Positions 45,196 to 55,994 of a stretch of DNA of 64,000 bases are shown here, one piece after another. Each line of letters begins with the position of its first letter. The stretch's first letter is position 1. Under the pieces are notes generated by a model, which saw nothing but the letters and a program-made list of their open reading frames with translations, was not told the origin of the DNA and searched no databases. Location: IMG/VR virus record IMGVR_UViG_3300006793_000013. One strand, 5' to 3'. This DNA is from a virus. The position numbers and the translations under genes are program-made.

Positions 45196-45771
45196 TTATA
45201 AACCGCCAACATCTAAATTGATTCCTGAATCATACGTTAGTGTACCAAAATCAATATTAGATCCTTGCAGTGCTAATTGTATGGCATTTTCAAACCCTGA
45301 AGCTCCAACAGGTCCAAAGTCGTATGTTGTTAAGTATTCAGTTACCGGTACAATAGTTTTAAATTTAATAGTGCTGCCTACAGCGGTAACTTCAATATCT
45401 TTGAATCCGTTTTCTGATTGTGGCGCACTAGTACCTTCCATAGTAATTTGTTGGTGTGTATTAGCCAACATACTACCACTATCTGTATCGATTCTTGTAA
45501 ATGCATCTGGCGCAGTACTAGCAACAATAATTGCTTCGTTACCTTCGTCAAGTTGAATTTTAGAACCAGCTACTAGTTTTCTAAAGTTTAGATTTGCACC
45601 AACTTTATCTTTAAACACACTAACACCATTAGCACCTGTATTGGTTGCTGTAATTGTTAGTTCTGTTTCTAGTGTTGAGAAGTTTGTGTTAACTTTCTGG
45701 AACGCTGTTCGTAGATCATCACCTAACCCGTCGTTTACAATATTACCTATGTTTATTGTTTGTATCGCCAT
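45196..45771 (-). CDS. baseplate/fibre protein with gp9/gp10-like N-terminus
   Basis: INIGNIVNDGLGDDLRTAFQKVNTNF. Confidence 0.7.
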   Translation of the reverse strand: MAIQTINIGNIVNDGLGDDLRTAFQKVNTNFSTLETELTITATNTGANGVSVFKDKVGANLNFRKLVAGSKIQLDEGNEAIIVASTAPDAFTRIDTDSGSMLANTHQQITMEGTSAPQSENGFKDIEVTAVGSTIKFKTIVPVTEYLTTYDFGPVGASGFENAIQLALQGSNIDFGTLTYDSGINLDVGGL

Positions 45772-45780
45772 GTATCACTC

Positions 45781-46035
45781 CTAATGTAGATCTGCCCAGC
45801 CTGCTGTACTATCATTATTTGCATCAGCAGCGTATCCTTGAAACTTTCCTGTTGTTGTGTTGTAAACCATCATTCCAAAAACTGGTGTAAGTGCATCTAT
45901 TTCAGTTTGTGTTAGTTGTGGTGGTCCAACATAAAGTTCTGTAAAGTTAGAATTAATTTTTTCAAACGCTCCACGTAGAGTATCGCCTGTTCTATCGTTT
46001 GCGGATGTTCCAATGTTTACTGTAAGTTTTGCCAT
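45781..46035 (-). CDS. small baseplate/fibre protein with gp9/gp10-like N-terminus
   Basis: VNIGTSANDRTGDTLRGAFEKINSNFTELY. Confidence 0.7.
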   Translation of the reverse strand: MAKLTVNIGTSANDRTGDTLRGAFEKINSNFTELYVGPPQLTQTEIDALTPVFGMMVYNTTTGKFQGYAADANNDSTAGWADLH

Positions 46036-46045
46036 CTATCCGCTC

Positions 46046-48241
46046 CTATACCCAACCGCCAATTGCAATTCTGCCCCAGCCCGTACTCTTGCGGACATAA
46101 ACATAATTGTCATCAACTCTAATTTCACCAACTTCTGCTGCTTCTGTTTCTGAACCTGGAGCAGCACTGTTTGGTGCAATCTTACCTGTAACTGTGCCTG
46201 TTGCACCATCAATTACTACGGAAGAATCATCACCAAATACTGAACCTCTAATATCAATAGTTGCAGTACCATTTAGCACTGCTGCTGGTATTGTACTACT
46301 AACACCATCTACTAACAATGTACTATCATCACCAAACACGCTACCTTTAATATCAGTTACAGGACTTCCTGTATGAGATACTTCGCCTGTTGTAGCATTG
46401 TACATTAGCATAGTTGTTCCAACTACACTTCTAATTGGTTTAATTACTAAACTACTTGCTGTGGTGTTCTCTAATACACCGCTAGTTGCGTTAATTGCAA
46501 TACTGTTTGCGGCTTGGCTTGTTGTACCAGCACCTACACCAATTGCTAGTGCATTTTGTCCTTGATTTGTAACACCTGCACCTGCACCAATTGCTGTTGC
46601 ATTTTGGCCTTGGTTAGTTACACCTGCGGAATTTCCCACAGCCGTTGCAGTTGTACCTTGACTTGTTTTACCTGCTTCCCAACCTATTGCTATTGAGTTT
46701 TGTCCTTGACTTGTTTGACCTGCGTAATAACCTACCGCAATACTAAAGTCTCCTTGACTCGTTCCACCTGCGTCAATACCAACTGCTACTGCGTCACCGC
46801 CTTGATTAGTTTCACCTGAGTTTACACCAATTGCTACTGAATTTGCACCTTGATTTTCTTGACCTGCTTCGTATCCAATCGCAACTGCAAGACTTCCTTG
46901 ATTAGTTTCACCTGTACTTTTACCAAGTGCAATCTTTAATTCACTTGTTCTTAAACTTGTTGTGTCTACTGCACCAACAATCTTACCTTCAACACCGTCA
47001 ACTAGTAATCCTGAGTCGTCTGCAAACACTGATCCTGTAATATCAATCTTCGGATCAACTGCAATAGTAATCTTATCTTCAATTGAAGTAAGTGTAATAC
47101 CAATACCGTAACCAGGTTCAAACGTTAAAATATCAGCAGTACTATCTGCTGCAATACTAGTTTGTCCGTCAACAGCAATTTGTTGGAATGTTGGAACTGC
47201 CGGAGCACCGTTTGAAACAGTTACAACACCTGTTGCAGGATCTGTTGAAACTGTAATACCAAAACCTTGTTGTACTTCTAACACACCTGTGTTAGTAAAC
47301 TGCACAGCACCAGTTATTGAACTAACTGTAATACCTTCGCCTGCTGTTCTTCCTGCTGCTCTGCCTGGAATGTTAGTTGTGTTTTGCGCAGATGTAACAC
47401 CTGTGTTAGTAATTGTTACATTACCTGTTGCTGAACTAACTGTAATACCTGTACTTGCAATTGCTTGTGTTACACCATCGTTAATAAATGTAATACTGTC
47501 TGCATCACTTCCTGCTACTAGTTGTACACCAGTACCACCGTAAAATGATAAAGTATCATTAGTATGATCAGCTTCAACAATATCACCGTCATCTAAATTA
47601 ATATATCTAAAATATCTTTTCTCTGGATCAATAATTAAGTCACCGTTAATAGTTGAACCAAATGGTAAATCAACTTTACCACTTTCGCCTTTAACGTGTG
47701 CCGTACCTAAGTATAATCCGTTGTCTTCGTTGCCTGCTGATGCTAGTGTTTCAGCAATGTGTACTTCTTTCCATTTATGTGTAGCATCACCTAAAACTTT
47801 TTGTGCATCGTCTGCTGGTTTAACAGAAGTTGTAAGTGCTTCTAAGTTAAGTGTACTAAATTCATTTAGACCTTGTGTATTACCACCTGATGCATATGCA
47901 GTAAAGCCTGTGCCATTAACTGCTGAACTAATTCCTGCATCTGTGTAAAGAGCAAAAGTATTACTTGTTAGTACATCTGCATAGTAAGTATTACCATTTA
48001 GTTGTGTCATGCCTACTACATCTGTAATAGTTACACGTTGTCCGTCAGTAAGTCCGTGTGCTGTTGAAGTTGTAACTACAACAGGACTTGCTTGAGTTGC
48101 ATTAGTAATTGTTTTTTGTTCGCCACCTGCAAGTGTTGCACCGATAGTTACAAAGTTTGCATTGACTTCATCTAATGCACTTTTAAACTTATCCCATAAA
48201 AGTGGTGGATTACCTGGCGTTATGTTTGTATTATATGCCAT
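46046..48241 (-). CDS. tail fibre/adhesin with FCCH-like domain and YadA-like repeats
   Basis: ITNATQASPVVVTT..HGL domain; three GSVFxDDS repeats; nine 16-aa repeats. Confidence 0.7.
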   Translation of the reverse strand: MAYNTNITPGNPPLLWDKFKSALDEVNANFVTIGATLAGGEQKTITNATQASPVVVTTSTAHGLTDGQRVTITDVVGMTQLNGNTYYADVLTSNTFALYTDAGISSAVNGTGFTAYASGGNTQGLNEFSTLNLEALTTSVKPADDAQKVLGDATHKWKEVHIAETLASAGNEDNGLYLGTAHVKGESGKVDLPFGSTINGDLIIDPEKRYFRYINLDDGDIVEADHTNDTLSFYGGTGVQLVAGSDADSITFINDGVTQAIASTGITVSSATGNVTITNTGVTSAQNTTNIPGRAAGRTAGEGITVSSITGAVQFTNTGVLEVQQGFGITVSTDPATGVVTVSNGAPAVPTFQQIAVDGQTSIAADSTADILTFEPGYGIGITLTSIEDKITIAVDPKIDITGSVFADDSGLLVDGVEGKIVGAVDTTSLRTSELKIALGKSTGETNQGSLAVAIGYEAGQENQGANSVAIGVNSGETNQGGDAVAVGIDAGGTSQGDFSIAVGYYAGQTSQGQNSIAIGWEAGKTSQGTTATAVGNSAGVTNQGQNATAIGAGAGVTNQGQNALAIGVGAGTTSQAANSIAINATSGVLENTTASSLVIKPIRSVVGTTMLMYNATTGEVSHTGSPVTDIKGSVFGDDSTLLVDGVSSTIPAAVLNGTATIDIRGSVFGDDSSVVIDGATGTVTGKIAPNSAAPGSETEAAEVGEIRVDDNYVYVRKSTGWGRIAIGGWV
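46490..46915 (-). repeat. about nine 16-aa (48-nt) beta-roll repeats
   Basis: Consensus T[NS]QGxxAxA[IV]GxxAGx; boundaries approximate. Confidence 0.8.
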
Positions 48242-51200
48242 TAGTTTCTCCCTACCGCTACTTCAATTGTGCCTATATGATCACTATCATATGCTTCAAT
48301 TGCTTTACCAATAATTGTACCTGCTCGTACATCGCCATCTGCTACTGTACCAACACCGTGTATGCCTGCACACACAATTAAATCACCTTTTTCAATCTTG
48401 CCAACTACCTTACAAGGTACTCTACCTTGTAGTGCAACAAGATTTTTAAATCCAGGACAAGCTGCGTACATAACATATGCTGCTCTATCCGAAACAACAC
48501 CTGCTACTTTTGGATCGCCTTTCTTATTAGAAGTTGTAACTTCCTTGTCACCACCAAATACTAGCACTGTTCCGACTTCGTATTCCTTGTCACCTTCGTA
48601 GTATTCTGCAAGGTCAGCTGCATATGTTGCTTCAAACCTTGATTCACTTGGAGTTGTTCCTGTTAATGTCCAACGTCCTGTTACTGTACCTGCTGAAGTA
48701 TTACCGCCAGTTGTTAATGACGTTGTAATAATTGATGATGCTTCAACTGGTGCAAGTGATACACCGTTCTGTGTTCTAAACTGGTGATAGTCATTATCAT
48801 AAAAGTTTCTCTTGTCTGTTGCAAGTGAACCGTTCTGTAAATATAAACCACCACTACCACTTGAACCTGTAAACACTCTTACATAACTTGCAGATCCTGA
48901 TGTACCATAACCTACAGCAGTATTACCACTAATATTGAAAGTACTTGTGGCATCCCATATTCTTGCTTGTGCATCTGCGTTGCCGTCTCTTTGTACAAGT
49001 TGATTTGCACTTGCGTTTGCAGTTGCTTCAATAATGCTGTAGTCGGCATCAGCAGTGTTACTTGAACTACTAATTCTTCTTAAGAAACCAGTTGTACTAT
49101 ATTGTGATTTCTTAATAGAACCACCTTGGTCAACAACAGTTGTAAACAAGATGTCTGCTGGTTGATCAGCACTTAGTAAGTTATTACCTAATACACTTTT
49201 ACCAGTAACAGTTTCTAGTTTTGCTTTAGTAATTGTACTGTCTGTAATTGTTACCCAACCGTCTGTAATAGTAAAGAACGTATTATCAAATGCTGCAATA
49301 CCTTTATTAGCCTGTGTAATTCCTGTTGCATTTGCACGTACTTGAGCATCAGTCATATTCAACTTGCTTTGATCAATTGCTGCTGAAGCGTTAACGTCAG
49401 CGTTAACAATTACATCTGGCTGTATTTGTGCATCAATAGTGTTTGCAGTTGAGTCAATATCTAAAGCAATATCACCTACAATAGTTGCATTAATTGCATC
49501 GTTACCGTTACCTGTAAATGCAAGTATATCGTTTGCTTTCAGGTCATTGATTGAAAATTCTTGTAAGTTAGTAAATGTTAAGTTTCTTAAGTTAACTGCG
49601 TCTTGCGGTTGTGTCGGATCACCAACATTAATAACTTTGTAATTGGCAATATCTATCGGGCCTTTCATAGCCAGTGAACCATCTAGTGCCATAAAGCCAC
49701 CATTGATTGGTGGAATTAAGTTTGCTGATGTTACCGGAGCACCACCGTGTGTGGTACCAAGACGTCTTTCAATGTAAAGTCTAGTTGCGTTTTCTGTTGG
49801 CACTGTATCAACAGCGTTATCAGTCATACCAGAGTCTGTACTAAATTCAGAAACAGGAACACCACGCTTAAATCCAATACCGTCCAAGTTACTCAATGCA
49901 ATCGCTGCTGAGAACGTAACCTGTCCTGTACCTTGGTCAACTCTAAAGAACGGTCCAACGTTGAAGTTACCAAATTGGTCTGTGGTTACATAGAACACAC
50001 GTCCAACGTTTCTTTCTTCAGTTTCTGTATCAGGGTTGAACGCATTAACTGATGGTCCATAAATCTCTGTTGGATAGTTGGTATCAGCATATGATCCTGT
50101 ACCAATCTCAAGTAAGTCATGAGATGTAACACGAGTCAATGAAATTCTAATTGTTAGTTTACCATTAGCACCGTCTGTTCCTCTTGCTACAGCAGATTTA
50201 ACTGTGTATGATGCTTCATACTGTGTAAGACTATCTACTAATGGTTTATTAAGTGTAACCCTTGCCCAAGGATTACCAACTACGGTTTCATCTTCAAATA
50301 AATCAATTACATACGTTTCACCGTTGAATACAAATGTACTTCCTTGTACCCTTGATCTTTCCTGAGGAGCAACAGCAACAATAGCAAATGAACTATCGCC
50401 TGCGGCGCCTGTTGGTGTATAGTATGAATGTGTTCCACTTTGAACACCTGTTGTATCAACTTGTACTGCACCTGACAGTGTAGGATATGCTACACTTATT
50501 GTAAATGTGTTTGCATCAAGAACTGTGTGTACAAAGTAATGTGTACTTGTGTTAATTCCTGTTGGTAATGAACCAGTTGTTGTGAAAACAATTGGATCAC
50601 CTTGTGTAAGGTTATGCGTTACTTTTGTAATAACAGCCGGAGATGCAACAGATATTGTACAAGTTTCTGTTGTACCTGCTTTCGCTTCGCCTGGCTTGTA
50701 TAATGTTAAGTCAATATAGTTGTAGTTCTCTCTAAGTGTTGTAACAGTCAAGCCTTCAATAATAGCTGAATGTGTACCTGTACCTGTATCAGTTGTTGTT
50801 ACAGGTGTTGACCCATTAATAACACTTGAAAGTTCAAAGTTTGTTGCGGTTAAGTTTTCTTCTCTAACCCAATAAGTTTCACCTGATGTAATTCCTGCTG
50901 GTAATGTACCAGTTGAACTAAAGCTCAATCTATAGTTGAATAATTGTTTATGTGGTACAACACATTTAATAGTTGGTGTACCAGACGTTAGTGTTAGAGC
51001 TGAACCTCCAGCACTTGTACTTAAAACAACACTGTCATATGTTGGAACGTCGATAATATGATAAGTTGTACTTGCAGTTATTCCATTTGCGGTTGATCTT
51101 GGAACAATAGTGTCTCCAACAATTAATCCATGATTTTGACTAAACGTAGCAATGTTTCCAGTTGCTGTTGTTGCATTAATAGTTGCAAGGAATGTACCAA

Positions 51201-54200
51201 CGCCTGGTGCTGCTGCTGTAAATTCTACTTCATAGTTACCTCTTGAATCAGATGCTGACTCAAACTGTAGAACACGATAAACGTCTGTGTATTCTTGTAA
51301 TATCAAACCAGTTGATGGTCTTGTAGCAACGTCAACCAGTTCACCTGTTAACATAACCTGCGAGTTAGAACGCAACGACATTTTAGTATTGTCTGGAATA
51401 ACAGCAAACAATCCATCAAAGTTACCAGTTGAATCACTTGTTAAATTAAGTTTAGCAACACCTGCTGGTAAATCAGAAGTTGAAACTGATGTTACAGGAT
51501 ATCTGTAAATTACATTACCATGGTCAACTTCAAGTTCTGAGTTGTTAAGTGGCGTGTAGTCGTATCCGTCAACATAAAGGAACAGTCCACCTTGTGTGTT
51601 TGCAAATCCTGCACTTGGGAAATAACTGTAAACTGTTTGTGCAAGGTCATTGTATAATGAAGTTGGTGTTGGAACCTCAAGTGGATCTGAACCATCTGCA
51701 ACCAATGCATAGATACCATGTGCAGAAGAACCACCAACGGATCTAATCTGCGCACCGTTAAGTGACATGTACGATGCATAACAGTAATATGTAAACATCG
51801 AAACTGCTTCTGTTAAACCACCGTTAGTTGCAAGTAGGCCGTAACCCATATCAGCAACCTGCGTAAAGTCATTTGATAGCATTGATCTGTTACCAGGCAT
51901 CAATACTTCGTAAATTCTTTCAATTGAGTGTGTTCCGCTACCAGCACTTGTTGTTGCAACTGATGTGCCGCCTAGTGATTCTGCTACTTGGAATGTGTTT
52001 GTTGTTAAGTTAACACCTGAAACAAAATAATCTTTACCAACAATTAACCCAGTTGGCAATGAACCAGTTGTTGTAAATCTAACAACTGCACCTTCTTGTA
52101 ATTTGTGTGCTGCTGAAGTAATAACAGCAGGGTCAGCATTTGTAATTGTAGCAGTAACAGGTCCAGCAGTTCTAGTAAATGGTGTAGTTTCATCTAAAAT
52201 AAATGATGCTGAAGAACCGTTTTTGTTAAAGACAAAATCTCTAACATAGTTTACTCTGAATACTGTATCATCAACAATAAACGAACAAGGTAGTTGTGGT
52301 ATTCTGTCTAGTCCTGTTACTTCAATTCTTGTAGTTGTTGTCGATGAAGCGTGTCTAAATTGTAAGTTACCAGCAAAGCCGTCAACAAACATACCACCTG
52401 CAAAAGTTTGTTTGTTTATTGATTTTGAGAATGATGCTGATTCTTGACAGTATGGTGACTTAGCAAGGATTTGTCCTTCTGGATCAAGTACCATCATAAA
52501 GCCGCCATGTCCTTGACCTGTAACAGCTCTAATAATGTTAGCGTCATTCATTAAGAATACGTCTAACTTGTCGTTCTCTTCTGGATAGTTAACACTACCT
52601 GAACCGTCCATTACATCTTCAATAGCATCAAATAGTTCAGCAACAACACCTTGTGTTCCTGTTTCTGCTATAAACGATGTATCAATAATCTGTACTGCTG
52701 TAGTTACTGTTCCTGGTAATGGTAAGTTTTGTATAACATAATCAATCGCTGTCTGCGCTCTTTCAAGACCTGCAATTGTTTGTGAAAGCTGTGTAGTAAT
52801 TGCAAGTCTTCCACTTGCACTTTGATAATATTTTAAACCTGCGGAAATAGTTCTATTGTATCCGCCATACTTCAGGTCGAATATCATAGCATCAATAACT
52901 AATCCTACGTCACGTTTACATAGTACTTTGTTATATGTAAATGACTGAGTAAATGGTGCAGTGTTTGAAGCAATTTGTGTATCGATCCATTCAACAACTT
53001 CGCTTTGAATGAATGATTTGTTAAGTTTGATAAGTGCTGCTGCTTTTCTATAAGCACCTTTGTTATCAACTTTAGGATAAACTGGTTGTGTTGTATCTGA
53101 TAGGTAATGATGACCGTACAATTGTGTAGCAGTTGTCAGTCCATCAATATTTGTATCTCTTCTAAACTTTTGGAACGCCCAAGGTGAACTTGATGTACCT
53201 TGTCTTGGTTTAATAAGAACACGTCTAAATTCATCACCAATGATTGCAACGTTCTGCGGTACCTTAAGTGGATAGTTTTCTTGGTAAATTCCACTTTCAA
53301 CAAGGACTGCAATTTGAATTTGGTTAGTAATATCACCGTATGAAATAGGCTCGTCAATTAAGAACGTTCCGTACTTGATATCTACATCAAAAATCTCATT
53401 ACCTAAACTATCTAATGCACCTTCGTGTGCAAGAATCTGTGCAAGTGCTCCAGATGTTTCACCTCGTAAATATAAACCTTCTCTAAGATCTCTTGTTCTA
53501 AATGCTACTGGAGTATCAGTTAAAACGTCACCTGTAAAGTCTGTACGATAACCATCTGTTTTTAGCAAGAACCTTGGTAGGTCAACATTAACTGTTGGAA
53601 TTGCTGTAAATCCTGAACCAGAATCTGCAATATCAATACTAGTAATAGTTCCGCTTGTAATAACTGCTGTACCAAATGAACCAGTTGATCCAGTGCCGCC
53701 TGTAACACGTACAGATACTAAACTGTAGCCTGATCCACCATTGGTAATATCAATTCCGTTTACTTTATATGTTACATCAAATGTAGCACCTATACCAAAA
53801 GTTGAGTCAGAAGTTGTAACAACTCCGCTTGTTCCAGGTAATACTGTGTAATCACCTTGTGCTAAAAGTTTAAATGTTGTAATAGCACCTGGTGTTGTTG
53901 CTGTTGATAATACTTCAATAGTTGCACTTGATCCTGTACCACCTTGCAGTGTAATAATATCTCCTGCTTGATAGTTAGCACCTGGTGCGTTCATAGTAAT
54001 AGTGTCAACACTCATTCTTGCAGTACCAGCAAAGCCTATACCTGAACTTGGTGATGATGCAATTTCTGAAAGTGTTACAGTACCTGAACCGTTATTAAAT
54101 GTAAGTTGCTTCTTATAAGGTCCAATGTCGTCTAGTGATTCTAATACTAGTTCTTCAGCACGTTTTAGTGCTGCTTCAATTGTTCTATAAGCATAAGCAA

Positions 54201-54897
54201 GAGCTCTACCTTGTAGTTCTTCACTAACACCTACTCTTTCGTCTTGACCTGATGTAGCAACATATAAGTTTACCTTACTACCGAATGATGCGTTATCAAC
54301 ATATTGTTTTGTTGCAGCAATCAAGCCGTCATATAATTCGTCATCTGCAGGTTCTGGGCTTCTGCTTAAAATTAATGGACCAGTCATTGTACCAAATGCT
54401 ACATTTGGGTTACCTGTTGACGGATCAATAGCACCAATACCCGCTCTTGAAATCTTTGTATCTACATATTCTTTGTTTGCTGCTTCATCATCTGAAACAG
54501 GAGTAGCCATATCTTTAATACGATATGTATTACCACCTGATGCAACTGATAAGTTACCACCTAGTTGTGGACTAGGGTCTCCTGAGATTTCACTAAACTC
54601 AGTAGCAACAATAATTTGGTTTGAATTAGAAGTATCATCGATTGTGATACCTAAACCTGCTGTAATTTGTTTAAATTGTAACCCGTCTGTTGTTGGGTTA
54701 ACAGCTAGAACAGCGCCTTCTTGACCTAAAAATGTAGTAGGTGTATCGTCAAGGGCAATAAAAGTAAGTTTTTCGCCAAGTCCTAGTGAACTATATAATT
54801 CTTTAAAGTTGTCGTTTACCTTGCGAAACGAATCTCTAATACTATCGCCGGTACCGTCGTTACCTATTGCTCCAATATCTACAATCTTACGTGCCAT
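48241..54897 (-). CDS. giant (2218 aa) tail fibre/baseplate protein
   Basis: gp9/gp10-like N-terminus, KxYVD motifs, four FCCH-like units, chaperone-like C-terminus (ADLAEYY...VALQGRVPCKV). Confidence 0.75.
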   Translation of the reverse strand: MARKIVDIGAIGNDGTGDSIRDSFRKVNDNFKELYSSLGLGEKLTFIALDDTPTTFLGQEGAVLAVNPTTDGLQFKQITAGLGITIDDTSNSNQIIVATEFSEISGDPSPQLGGNLSVASGGNTYRIKDMATPVSDDEAANKEYVDTKISRAGIGAIDPSTGNPNVAFGTMTGPLILSRSPEPADDELYDGLIAATKQYVDNASFGSKVNLYVATSGQDERVGVSEELQGRALAYAYRTIEAALKRAEELVLESLDDIGPYKKQLTFNNGSGTVTLSEIASSPSSGIGFAGTARMSVDTITMNAPGANYQAGDIITLQGGTGSSATIEVLSTATTPGAITTFKLLAQGDYTVLPGTSGVVTTSDSTFGIGATFDVTYKVNGIDITNGGSGYSLVSVRVTGGTGSTGSFGTAVITSGTITSIDIADSGSGFTAIPTVNVDLPRFLLKTDGYRTDFTGDVLTDTPVAFRTRDLREGLYLRGETSGALAQILAHEGALDSLGNEIFDVDIKYGTFLIDEPISYGDITNQIQIAVLVESGIYQENYPLKVPQNVAIIGDEFRRVLIKPRQGTSSSPWAFQKFRRDTNIDGLTTATQLYGHHYLSDTTQPVYPKVDNKGAYRKAAALIKLNKSFIQSEVVEWIDTQIASNTAPFTQSFTYNKVLCKRDVGLVIDAMIFDLKYGGYNRTISAGLKYYQSASGRLAITTQLSQTIAGLERAQTAIDYVIQNLPLPGTVTTAVQIIDTSFIAETGTQGVVAELFDAIEDVMDGSGSVNYPEENDKLDVFLMNDANIIRAVTGQGHGGFMMVLDPEGQILAKSPYCQESASFSKSINKQTFAGGMFVDGFAGNLQFRHASSTTTTRIEVTGLDRIPQLPCSFIVDDTVFRVNYVRDFVFNKNGSSASFILDETTPFTRTAGPVTATITNADPAVITSAAHKLQEGAVVRFTTTGSLPTGLIVGKDYFVSGVNLTTNTFQVAESLGGTSVATTSAGSGTHSIERIYEVLMPGNRSMLSNDFTQVADMGYGLLATNGGLTEAVSMFTYYCYASYMSLNGAQIRSVGGSSAHGIYALVADGSDPLEVPTPTSLYNDLAQTVYSYFPSAGFANTQGGLFLYVDGYDYTPLNNSELEVDHGNVIYRYPVTSVSTSDLPAGVAKLNLTSDSTGNFDGLFAVIPDNTKMSLRSNSQVMLTGELVDVATRPSTGLILQEYTDVYRVLQFESASDSRGNYEVEFTAAAPGVGTFLATINATTATGNIATFSQNHGLIVGDTIVPRSTANGITASTTYHIIDVPTYDSVVLSTSAGGSALTLTSGTPTIKCVVPHKQLFNYRLSFSSTGTLPAGITSGETYWVREENLTATNFELSSVINGSTPVTTTDTGTGTHSAIIEGLTVTTLRENYNYIDLTLYKPGEAKAGTTETCTISVASPAVITKVTHNLTQGDPIVFTTTGSLPTGINTSTHYFVHTVLDANTFTISVAYPTLSGAVQVDTTGVQSGTHSYYTPTGAAGDSSFAIVAVAPQERSRVQGSTFVFNGETYVIDLFEDETVVGNPWARVTLNKPLVDSLTQYEASYTVKSAVARGTDGANGKLTIRISLTRVTSHDLLEIGTGSYADTNYPTEIYGPSVNAFNPDTETEERNVGRVFYVTTDQFGNFNVGPFFRVDQGTGQVTFSAAIALSNLDGIGFKRGVPVSEFSTDSGMTDNAVDTVPTENATRLYIERRLGTTHGGAPVTSANLIPPINGGFMALDGSLAMKGPIDIANYKVINVGDPTQPQDAVNLRNLTFTNLQEFSINDLKANDILAFTGNGNDAINATIVGDIALDIDSTANTIDAQIQPDVIVNADVNASAAIDQSKLNMTDAQVRANATGITQANKGIAAFDNTFFTITDGWVTITDSTITKAKLETVTGKSVLGNNLLSADQPADILFTTVVDQGGSIKKSQYSTTGFLRRISSSSNTADADYSIIEATANASANQLVQRDGNADAQARIWDATSTFNISGNTAVGYGTSGSASYVRVFTGSSGSGGLYLQNGSLATDKRNFYDNDYHQFRTQNGVSLAPVEASSIITTSLTTGGNTSAGTVTGRWTLTGTTPSESRFEATYAADLAEYYEGDKEYEVGTVLVFGGDKEVTTSNKKGDPKVAGVVSDRAAYVMYAACPGFKNLVALQGRVPCKVVGKIEKGDLIVCAGIHGVGTVADGDVRAGTIIGKAIEAYDSDHIGTIEVAVGRN

Positions 54898-54930
54898 CTA
54901 CTAACTCCAAGTATCCTTTTAATTCTAATG

Positions 54931-54974
54931 TATTTAGCCAATAATTTTATAAGCCTAATGTAAAATAGTAAATA
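54931..54974. promoter_or_regulatory. divergent pair of TAAATA late promoters
   Basis: Minus TAAATA 54931-54936; plus TAAATA 54969-54974 then CAAGT-ATG(54980). Confidence 0.55.
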
Positions 54975-54979
54975 CAAGT

Positions 54980-55267
54980 ATGTTCATTAAGACTGAAAAA
55001 GTTCATACTTGTTACACTAGGCAAAGTAAACTTGGTAAAACACACGAATATATCCGTGAAAAAACCGTTGTTCATCTACAGTGTGATAACTGTGATACTG
55101 TATTTACCAGGGATTTAAAAAAGATGAACTCAAGCCGGTTGAATAACAATTACTTCCACGTTTGTAATGACTGTGACTCTAAACGTTTTGCACAGCGTAA
55201 AGGAGTAGAACAGAAGAAAGTCTGGGATATGCCAGCTAACGCAGACTTACCTTTATCTAAATACTAA
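54980..55267 (+). CDS. zinc-finger-like hypothetical protein
   Basis: CDNC...CNDC. Confidence 0.6.
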   Translation: MFIKTEKVHTCYTRQSKLGKTHEYIREKTVVHLQCDNCDTVFTRDLKKMNSSRLNNNYFHVCNDCDSKRFAQRKGVEQKKVWDMPANADLPLSKY

Positions 55268-55446
55268 ACTGCTCGTCGAGCAAGTTCTTTTTTTACTTTT
55301 ACTATAAGTTTAGGCTTTGCATTACTGCTATCTATATAGTCTACAAGCTCTTGCGTAGCCGTAGATTTCATATAGAAGTGTTGAGTTTCAGTTTTGCCTG
55401 TTGTTTTGTTTCTAATTTTTTGTGATGGTTTAAATTTTACAGGCAT
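55264..55446 (-). CDS. hypothetical protein
   Basis: 60 aa coupled to the iscU stop. Confidence 0.55.
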   Translation of the reverse strand: MPVKFKPSQKIRNKTTGKTETQHFYMKSTATQELVDYIDSSNAKPKLIVKVKKELARRAV

Positions 55447-55874
55447 TATTCAGGCCCTCCGTTATGCATACGTTTTGCTTTCTTTTCATCCCAGTCCTGT
55501 AAGGCTCTTTTTATAGAATCCTCTGCTAGAACTGAACAGTGTAATTTAATAGGTGGAAGGTCAAGTGCTTTTGCTATGTCTTTATCCTTTATTTCTAGTG
55601 CTTGGGCCATTGTAAGTCCTTTAAGCATTTCAACAAACATAGTTGAACTTGCTATTGCACTACCACAACCGTATGTTTTGAATTTCACATCTTCAATAAC
55701 ATCAGTATCTGGATTTACTTTAAGATCAAGTTTCATAACATCACCACATGCTGGTGCACCGGTCATGCCTGTTGCCACGTTTGGGTCTTTAGGATCAAAG
55801 CGACCAACACCGTGAGCATTAGGGTTTGCAAGAACAGATTCGAATCTGTCTACTACTTCTTTTGAATATGCCAT
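55446..55874 (-). CDS. iscU: Fe-S scaffold protein IscU/NifU
   Basis: GAPACGDVMKL, KTYGCGSAIAS, LPPIKLHCSVLAED; likely start MAYSKEV at 55874. Confidence 0.93.
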   Translation of the reverse strand: MAYSKEVVDRFESVLANPNAHGVGRFDPKDPNVATGMTGAPACGDVMKLDLKVNPDTDVIEDVKFKTYGCGSAIASSTMFVEMLKGLTMAQALEIKDKDIAKALDLPPIKLHCSVLAEDSIKRALQDWDEKKAKRMHNGGPE

Positions 55875-55896
55875 AATGTAATGTGATTTTTCGTTT

Positions 55897-55938
55897 ATTA
55901 TACAACAACTTAGTGAAGTTGTCAACCAATTGTATTTA
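55897..55938 (-). promoter_or_regulatory. tandem early and late promoters for iscU
   Basis: TTGACA(55925-20)-17-TATAAT(55902-897), TAAATA at 55938-33. Confidence 0.65.
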
Positions 55939-55982
55939 GCCATGATTTTTATCTCTTTTATATTTTATGACAGCCCTAAGTG

Positions 55983-55990
55983 TATAAATA
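55983..55990 (+). promoter_or_regulatory. T4-type late promoter TATAAATA for sod
   Basis: TATAAATA-CAGT-ATG(55995). Confidence 0.6.
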
Positions 55991-55994
55991 CAGT

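Noticed and set aside
46490-46915. 48-nt periodicity as a possible CRISPR array
   Set aside because: Repeats are degenerate, in frame and protein-coding, with no constant repeat/unique spacer structure and no cas genes
48241-48700. Diversity-generating retroelement target at the fibre C-terminus
   Set aside because: No reverse transcriptase and no template/variable repeat pair in the window
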